Assembly (NCBI GenBank): GCA_043744255.1
Contig: JAYTVA010000062.1
Span: forward strand, 7,843 to 71,842
Length of the DNA: 64,000 bases
Direction of reading: 5' to 3'
DNA from: Burkholderiales bacterium
GTDB lineage: Bacteria > Pseudomonadota > Gammaproteobacteria > Burkholderiales > Usitatibacteraceae
Part shown: positions 57,908 to 64,000 of the stretch, in pieces
Layout: each line of letters begins with the position of its first letter
How positions within the stretch are numbered: position 1 is the first letter of the stretch
Notes under the pieces: model-generated
What the model was told of the DNA's origin: nothing
Database searches by the model: none
The model's input: the letters and a program-made list of their open reading frames with translations, nothing else
Made by a program: the position numbers and the translations under genes

Positions 57908-59899
57908 ATGGCAGCCATTGAATCCGTGAAGCAGGAACTCCGGCTATTTCAGCCCCCTGAGGCGCTAATGAAAGACGCGGCGATCTCCGGCATGGCCGCG
58001 TACCAACGCATGTGTGATGCCGCTGCTGCTGATTACAGCGGCTTTTGGGCCAAGCTCGCGCGTGAGTCGCTGGCGTGGCATAAACCATTTTCGGATAACG
58101 CGATTCTTGATGAAACCAACGCACCTTTTTATCGCTGGTTTCACGATGGCGAACTAAATGCCTCGTACAACTGCCTTGACCGCAATCTGGCCAACGGCAA
58201 CGCCGAAAAAAATGCCATTATTTTTGAAGCTGACGATGGCAAGGTCAGCAAAATCACCTACCGTGAGTTGCACCAGCGTGTATGCAAATTCGCCAATGCC
58301 CTTAAGGAACGCGGCATCAAAAAGGGTGATCGCGTCATCATCTACATCCCCATGACCATCGAGGGCGTGATCGCGATGCAGGCGTGTGCGCGCATCGGCG
58401 CTACGCATTCAGTCGTGTTCGGCGGCTTCTCGGCCAAGAGCGTGCAGGAGCGCATCATCGACGCCGGTGCGATTGCCATCATCACCGCCGACGAGCAAAT
58501 GCGCGGCGGCAAGGCGCTGCCGATCAAGGCCATCGTCGATGAGGCACTTTCGCTCGGTGGCTGCGAACATATGCAGACGGCGATTGTCTTCAAGCGTACC
58601 GGCAATCCCGTCAACATGACCGCTGGCCGCGACGTTTGGTGGCATGACGTGGAAGCAGCGGCGAGCGACGTTTGCGAACCGACATGGGTAAACGCGGAAC
58701 ATCCGTTGTTTATTCTCTACACGTCCGGCTCCACCGGCAAACCCAAAGGGATTCAGCATTCCACCGGCGGCTACCTGCTGTGGACGCACTTGACGATGAA
58801 ATGGACATTCGACCTGAAGCCGAACGATCTGTTCTGGTGCACGGCAGACATCGGCTGGGTGACGGGACACTCGTATGTGGCCTATGGCCCGCTGTCGATG
58901 GGCGGTACGCAGATGGTGTTTGAAGGTGTGCCAACCTATCCGAATGCTGGCCGCTTTTGGAACATGATTCAGAAGCATAAAGTTACCGTTTTCTACACTG
59001 CACCGACGGCGATTCGCTCGCTCATCAAAGCCGGTGAGGTTGACCCGAAAGCGCATCCGCGCAATTACGATTTGACGTCGCTACGCATTTTGGGTTCGGT
59101 CGGCGAGCCGATCAATCCAGAAGCATGGATGTGGTACCACGAGAATATCGGCGGCGGTCGTTGCCCGATTGTCGATACCTTCTGGCAGACCGAAACCGGC
59201 GGCCACATGATTACCCCGTTGCCGGGCGCCACGCCACTTACGCCGGGCTCGTGTACGTTGCCGCTGCCCGGCATTATGACGGCAGTGGTCGATGAAACTG
59301 GCCAAGACGTACCTAACGGGAGTGGCGGCATTTTGGTGGTGAAGCGTCCGTGGCCGTCGATGGCGCGCACGATTTGGGGCGACGCAGAGCGCTACCAGAA
59401 AACTTATTTCCCGGAAGAGCTCGGCGGCAAGTTGTACCTCGCTGGCGATGGCGCAATCCGTGATAAGACCACCGGCTACTTCACCATCATGGGACGCATT
59501 GATGATGTGCTGAATGTCTCCGGCCATCGTCTAGGCACGATGGAAATTGAATCGGCTTTAGTGTCGAATTCCAAATTGGTGGCGGAAGCCGCCGTGGTCG
59601 GCCGCCCGGATGATTTGACCGGTGAGGCCATCGTCGCGTTCGTGGTGCTCAAGGGCGCGCGGCCGACGGGGGACGATGCGAAAACGCTCGCCAAGGAACT
59701 CCGCGACTGGGTCGGCAAGGAGATCGGCCCAATTGCAAAACCCAAAGACATTCGTTTTGGCGACAATTTGCCGAAGACGCGCTCAGGAAAAATCATGCGT
59801 CGGTTGTTGCGCTCGATTGCCAAGGGCGAAGCGATTACGCAGGACATCTCTACGCTGGAAAATCCGGCGATCTTGGATCAACTTAAGCAGAGCATGTAA
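57908..59899 (+). CDS. acs: Acetyl-CoA synthetase
   Basis: [34 protein letters not shown]-type FWQTETGG, and [14 protein letters not shown]. Confidence 0.95.
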   Translation: MAAIESVKQELRLFQPPEALMKDAAISGMAAYQRMCDAAAADYSGFWAKLARESLAWHKPFSDNAILDETNAPFYRWFHDGELNASYNCLDRNLANGNAEKNAIIFEADDGKVSKITYRELHQRVCKFANALKERGIKKGDRVIIYIPMTIEGVIAMQACARIGATHSVVFGGFSAKSVQERIIDAGAIAIITADEQMRGGKALPIKAIVDEALSLGGCEHMQTAIVFKRTGNPVNMTAGRDVWWHDVEAAASDVCEPTWVNAEHPLFILYTSGSTGKPKGIQHSTGGYLLWTHLTMKWTFDLKPNDLFWCTADIGWVTGHSYVAYGPLSMGGTQMVFEGVPTYPNAGRFWNMIQKHKVTVFYTAPTAIRSLIKAGEVDPKAHPRNYDLTSLRILGSVGEPINPEAWMWYHENIGGGRCPIVDTFWQTETGGHMITPLPGATPLTPGSCTLPLPGIMTAVVDETGQDVPNGSGGILVVKRPWPSMARTIWGDAERYQKTYFPEELGGKLYLAGDGAIRDKTTGYFTIMGRIDDVLNVSGHRLGTMEIESALVSNSKLVAEAAVVGRPDDLTGEAIVAFVVLKGARPTGDDAKTLAKELRDWVGKEIGPIAKPKDIRFGDNLPKTRSGKIMRRLLRSIAKGEAITQDISTLENPAILDQLKQSM

Positions 59900-60069
59900 C
59901 CAGCCATTGGTGCGGTGCACCATTGGCAAGGTAGTTTGGGCGTGAGTTTTTAGCGTGGCAGTTCAGATTTCCGTTACACTTCGTCACGCCCAAATGTGAA
60001 CATCTAATAAGAATCGCGGGCAGCGTTCACGAGAATTTTTTATCGTCAACTTAGTACATCGGAGGGAAC

Positions 60070-61704
60070 ATGGCATCAGTTACAAGTGAAGCAGGCTACG
60101 AAGTTAGCCCAGCAGAGGAACGAAAGGTCATTATCGCGTCGTCACTCGGTACCGTTTTTGAGTGGTACGACTTTTATCTTTTTGCAGTTCTTGCAATATT
60201 TTTTGTCGATAAATTTTATCCGCCAGGCAATCCCACGGTTGCGTTGCTCGCGTCACTAGCGACGTTAGCGGCGGGCTTTTTGGTGCGTCCGTTTGGCGCA
60301 CTGTTTTTCGGCCGTTTGGGTGACATGATTGGCCGCAAGTACACCTTCTTGATCACGATTATCCTGATGGGTTTCTCGACCGCCGCACTGGGTTTCTTGC
60401 CCACATACGCGCAGATCGGTGACGCCGCATGGATCATCTTGCTGCTGTTGCGCCTGATGCAAGGTCTCGCGCTTGGCGGTGAGTACGGCGGTGCCGCGAC
60501 TTATGTTGCTGAGCATGCGCCTCCCGGTAAACGTGGCCTGTCCACCGCTTGGATTCAGACGACGGCAACGGTCGGCCTGTTCCTCGCACTGATGGTTATT
60601 TACCTGTGCCGCGTTTACATGTCGCCCGAAGATTTCAAGCAATGGGGCTGGCGCATTCCGTTCTGGTTGTCGTTGTTGCTGTTGGCGTTTTCGATCTACA
60701 TCCGCCTGAAGCTCAATGAGTCGCCACTGTTTCAAAAGATGAAGGCCGAGGGCAAGGGCTCAAGCTCACCACTCAGAGACAGTTTCCTCAAGTATCCAAA
60801 CAATAAGTACGTGTTGCTAGCTTTGCTTGGCGCAACGGCGGGCCAAGGCGTGGTTTGGTACACAGGGCAGTTTCAGGTGCTGTTTTTTCTGCAAAACGCG
60901 CTGAAAGTTGATTTCCAGATTACTTACATTTTACTGGCGATTGGTCTGGCACTGGCAACACCATTCTTCATTTTCTTTGGCTGGCTTTCCGACAAGATTG
61001 GCCGCAAGTGGATCATGATGGCTGGTTGCCTGTTGGGTGCGCTCACCTACTTCCCGCTGTTCAACATGCTGAGTGAAGCGGCCAATCCTGCGCTGGTCAA
61101 AGCGACCAAAAATTCACCTGTGACGGTGCTGGCGGACAATTCAGGTGGCGCATGCGATTTCAGTTTTGGCGCTTCGTTGTTGCCACAGCACACGGATCAC
61201 GCAAAAGACTGCGTCAAGCTCAAAAAGCAACTAACCGGTGCCGGTGTGAATTTCACCTATGCACCAGCGTTGCCCGATGCGCCTGTTGCGATGAAGGTAA
61301 AGGACACCGTCGTTAAAGGGACCGACCCTAAGGCAATCGCCGAAGCGCTGAAGGGTGCCGGTTACCCAACGAAAGCCAATGAAGCCGAGATGAACAAGCC
61401 AGCGATTGTCGGCATCATCTTCATTTTGATGATCTACGTCACGATGGTTTATGGGCCGATTGCTGCGTTCTTGGTGGAGTTATTCCCGACCAAAATTCGC
61501 TACACATCCATGTCGCTGCCGTATCACATTGGCAACGGTTGGTTTGGCGGTTTTCTGCCGTTCACCGCAACCTTTCTGTCGATCTCCTACGGTAATATTT
61601 TTCAGGGACTCTGGTACCCCATCATCATTGCCTCGATGACGTTTGTGATCGGCGTGCTGTTCATGCGTGAAACCAAGGATCTGGCGTTGGTGCGTGACGA
61701 GTAA
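60070..61704 (+). CDS. MFS transporter, metabolite:H+ symporter (MHS) type
   Basis: GRLGDMIGRKYTF, multiple TM helices, and a large central soluble loop. Confidence 0.8.
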   Translation: MASVTSEAGYEVSPAEERKVIIASSLGTVFEWYDFYLFAVLAIFFVDKFYPPGNPTVALLASLATLAAGFLVRPFGALFFGRLGDMIGRKYTFLITIILMGFSTAALGFLPTYAQIGDAAWIILLLLRLMQGLALGGEYGGAATYVAEHAPPGKRGLSTAWIQTTATVGLFLALMVIYLCRVYMSPEDFKQWGWRIPFWLSLLLLAFSIYIRLKLNESPLFQKMKAEGKGSSSPLRDSFLKYPNNKYVLLALLGATAGQGVVWYTGQFQVLFFLQNALKVDFQITYILLAIGLALATPFFIFFGWLSDKIGRKWIMMAGCLLGALTYFPLFNMLSEAANPALVKATKNSPVTVLADNSGGACDFSFGASLLPQHTDHAKDCVKLKKQLTGAGVNFTYAPALPDAPVAMKVKDTVVKGTDPKAIAEALKGAGYPTKANEAEMNKPAIVGIIFILMIYVTMVYGPIAAFLVELFPTKIRYTSMSLPYHIGNGWFGGFLPFTATFLSISYGNIFQGLWYPIIIASMTFVIGVLFMRETKDLALVRDE

Positions 61705-61747
61705 GCACTTCGCTGCATGTTTGGCGTGAACAAGCGTCAATTCAACG

Positions 61748-61777
61748 AAAAACCCGGCCGTTGGCCGGGTTTTTTTT
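61748..61777 (+). terminator. Rho-independent terminator
   Basis: aaaaacccggcc-gtt-ggccgggtttttttt, 44 nt after the transporter stop. Confidence 0.8.
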
Positions 61778-61852
61778 CGCTCCTGTGTGGCACTTCACAA
61801 CTACGAGTCGCCTGTTCGTGCTAAAACACGTTTCCAAGTGAGGAGAGACGAC

Positions 61853-62392
61853 ATGGCTACAAATAAAAATTATGTAAAAACCGAAAAAGGTCACGCGGAA
61901 GTTAGTACGCGAGGGCTCGCGCTGCCGCCGCGGGTGCGCGCGATTTTGATTCGTACCGATGGGAAGCTCACCGACGAAGTGCTGACGGCGGACGCGATCA
62001 AGGTGGGTGCGCCAGCGGACGTGTTGGCGCAACTTGAAGCGCAAGGATTGATCGAACGTGCGGGTGGTGCGGTACCCGTGAGCGCGGCAGTAACCGCCGC
62101 CGCCATCGCCGCCCCCACCGTCGCCGCCGCGTCTGGCGTGGCGACAGCAGAACCGCAAGACATCCCCGCAGATGATTTCGGCAAATTCCGCGCAGCGAAA
62201 AAATTGATGACCGATGCGGTCGTCAGTGCAGGCGGCATGAAGAGCTTCTTGTTTACGATGAAACTCGAACGGCTATCGAACTTAGATGACGTCCGCAATT
62301 TCCTGCCGACCTTCCGGGAATACATTGCGAAAGCCTCCGGCTTTGACGCAGCGCAATCCATGACGGCCAACCTCGAAGCCTTGCTGAAGTAG
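61853..62392 (+). CDS. Hypothetical protein
   Basis: RBS gaggagag precedes ATG 61853. Alanine-rich linker (AAVTAAAIAAPTVAAASGVATA). No motif recognised. Confidence 0.5.
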   Translation: MATNKNYVKTEKGHAEVSTRGLALPPRVRAILIRTDGKLTDEVLTADAIKVGAPADVLAQLEAQGLIERAGGAVPVSAAVTAAAIAAPTVAAASGVATAEPQDIPADDFGKFRAAKKLMTDAVVSAGGMKSFLFTMKLERLSNLDDVRNFLPTFREYIAKASGFDAAQSMTANLEALLK

Positions 62393-62465
62393 GCAGCCGT
62401 CGCAATCGGGCGTTCCACCCACAGAGCGGCGACGCGCACGCTTGCAGATGCGTTAAGCTGTCGGC

Positions 62466-63581
62466 ATGTCCACGCTGTTTCGCTACCTCGCGCGAGAAAT
62501 ATTCGTCGCTTCCAGCCTATTGCTGCTGGCCTTGCTCGCGCTATTTGCGTTGGTCAATTTGATCGGTGAGCTGGGGGAGCTCGGGCGCGGCAACTACACC
62601 TTGCTGCGCATGATGACCTTTGTCACGCTCGCCCAGCCTGCGAATATTGTCGTGTTGTTTCCACTCGCGGCGATGCTCGGCACGCTCCTCGCCATTTCGC
62701 GCTTGTCGTCACATTCTGAACTCACTGTGATGCGTGCCTCCGGGCTATCTTTGTCTCGGCTGGCGCTATACGCAGCGATGATTGGCCTTGCGTTCTCCGC
62801 GCTGATTTTTTTGGTCGGCGAATTTGTCGCGCCGGTTGCCGAAGAGACGGCCAAACACCTGAAAAATGCGGCGACGAGCAAGATCATTGCCAAGCGATTC
62901 CGTTCCGGCTTCTGGGTGAAAGATGATTTGTCTTTTCTGAACATTCAGTCAGTGACGCGGGAGAGTGAGCTGGTCGATTTGCGAATTTATGAATTCGATG
63001 CGCGTCATCGTATGGTCGCCATCAGGCTCGCCAAACGCGCGGTCTACGATGCCAATTTCGCGCCGGTTGATGGCAAGGGACGGTGGGTGATGACGGGCGT
63101 TGAGACCACCACGCTCGACGGAAGCAAAGCGCGCATCGCCCGCGCTGAAACGGCGTATTGGGACTCCACGATGCGCCCCGAATTGATGACAGCGCTGCGC
63201 GTGAAACCCGACCAAATGTCGATGTCCAATTTATCGTCGTACATCGAACACTTGCGTAACAATAATCAAAACAGCACGCAATACGAATGGGCGTTTTGGT
63301 CGAAGTTGTTTCAGCCCGTCTCGGTCATCATTATGATGCTGCTGGCGATTCCGTTTGCGATTAGTTCACACCGCGCGGGTGGCGTTGGTGCCAAGTTGTT
63401 GATGGGGGTAACTATCGGCTTGATGTTTTATTTCTTGAGTCAACTAACGTCCAATTTGACCGTGCTTTATGACTGGCCCCCGCTGGTGTCTGCCGCGACC
63501 CCGGCCGCCGTATTTTTTGTCGCCGCTGTGATGATGATTTTTTTCAAAGACCACCCCCTGCGGCTGTCGCGCGGCGTTTAG
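62466..63581 (+). CDS. lptG: LPS export ABC permease LptG
   Basis: MSTLFRYLAREIF..., six TM helices with a periplasmic beta-jellyroll-sized insert (YjgP/YjgQ family). Confidence 0.85.
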   Translation: MSTLFRYLAREIFVASSLLLLALLALFALVNLIGELGELGRGNYTLLRMMTFVTLAQPANIVVLFPLAAMLGTLLAISRLSSHSELTVMRASGLSLSRLALYAAMIGLAFSALIFLVGEFVAPVAEETAKHLKNAATSKIIAKRFRSGFWVKDDLSFLNIQSVTRESELVDLRIYEFDARHRMVAIRLAKRAVYDANFAPVDGKGRWVMTGVETTTLDGSKARIARAETAYWDSTMRPELMTALRVKPDQMSMSNLSSYIEHLRNNNQNSTQYEWAFWSKLFQPVSVIIMMLLAIPFAISSHRAGGVGAKLLMGVTIGLMFYFLSQLTSNLTVLYDWPPLVSAATPAAVFFVAAVMMIFFKDHPLRLSRGV

Positions 63582-64000
63582 CCTTTCAACGCCGGAGCGC
63601 CATGCTCTGCGCTGGTGCTGATGAGTCTGGTACCCGCCCAACGGTCATGCAGAAATTGCTGGTCCCGATCAAAGCGCGCCCATAGCAGTGTCGCCAACAT
63701 TGGCAGGAATGCCCACATGGCGATGACTGGGCTTACGCGCGCAGGGAAAAACAATAGCACCAAGCCGACGCAAGCGGGGCCGTAGAACAGCGTTGCGCAG
63801 AGTAGTCGGCGCAATGCCCGCTTGAAGTCGAGGCGGGCGCCGTGCAAATCGACCACGCGAAATCGCCAAGTTTTCATTGGCAAGGTTTGGCCGCTACGCG
63901 TCCAAAACCACAGAAAATAGAGGGCGAGGACGGTCGCGAGATAAATCTGGAATACCGCGTGTGGCGCGCCATTCAGCACCACGCCTTTCATGCCGGCAGC
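63578..64000 (-). CDS. RDD-family membrane protein (the 5' end probably lies outside the window)
   Basis: SGQTLPMKTWRFRVVD and C-terminal FLHDRWAGTRLI are typical of the RDD family. The ORF is open to the window edge. Confidence 0.6.
   Translation of the reverse strand, partial: AAGMKGVVLNGAPHAVFQIYLATVLALYFLWFWTRSGQTLPMKTWRFRVVDLHGARLDFKRALRRLLCATLFYGPACVGLVLLFFPARVSPVIAMWAFLPMLATLLWARFDRDQQFLHDRWAGTRLISTSAEHGAPALKG

Noticed and set aside
59901-59996. Palindromes after acs (ggtgcggtgcacc, and tttgggcgtga ... tcacgcccaaa) considered as NtrC-type sites or an sRNA
   Set aside because: There is no associated promoter or terminator signature. They are most simply a 3' stem-loop or REP-like structure after acs.

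Overview
This is a 64-kb proteobacterial chromosomal window with moderately high G+C. It splits into two halves. (1) Positions 1 to about 33.7 kb are an accessory genomic island whose left end lies outside the window. It starts with mobility and control genes: an RHH-like protein, an AlpA-like HTH protein, a tyrosine integrase, an ECF-sigma-like plus S24/LexA-like pair, a TraD/VirD4-type coupling protein and ArdC. A dense defence cargo follows: a complete type I R-M system (hsdM-hsdS-hsdR), then a WYL (BrxR-like) regulator translationally coupled to an SNF2/DUF3883 helicase, a DUF1156 DPPY methyltransferase and a DUF499 (BrxC-like) ATPase. This is a BREX-like set without PglZ, matching the bioinformatically predicted helicase-methylase-ATPase 'Hma' class. 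Co-directional with it are a small ORF, an OLD-like ABC-ATPase/TOPRIM protein and an ankyrin-repeat protein. A minus-strand array closes the island: DUF2726, an ART-like ORF broken by an in-frame stop, and vapBC. (2) Positions 33.76-64 kb are core genes: suhB, trmJ, cysE, the full iscRSUA-hscBA-fdx-iscX operon, a histidine kinase/lipoprotein/sigma54 response regulator cluster with the glrK-qseG-glrR gene order, serB, mfd, class I fumarase, acyl-CoA and acetyl-CoA synthetases, transporters and lptG. The most interesting non-coding signal lies just downstream of the sigma54 regulator. It is a near-consensus sigma54 promoter preceded by two perfect TGTC-N10-GACA boxes and followed about 130 nt later by an intrinsic terminator, which suggests a GlmY-like, enhancer-dependent small RNA with CU-rich loops. 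No rRNA, tRNA or CRISPR arrays were seen. All calls come from reading the sequence and translations by eye; no searches were run.
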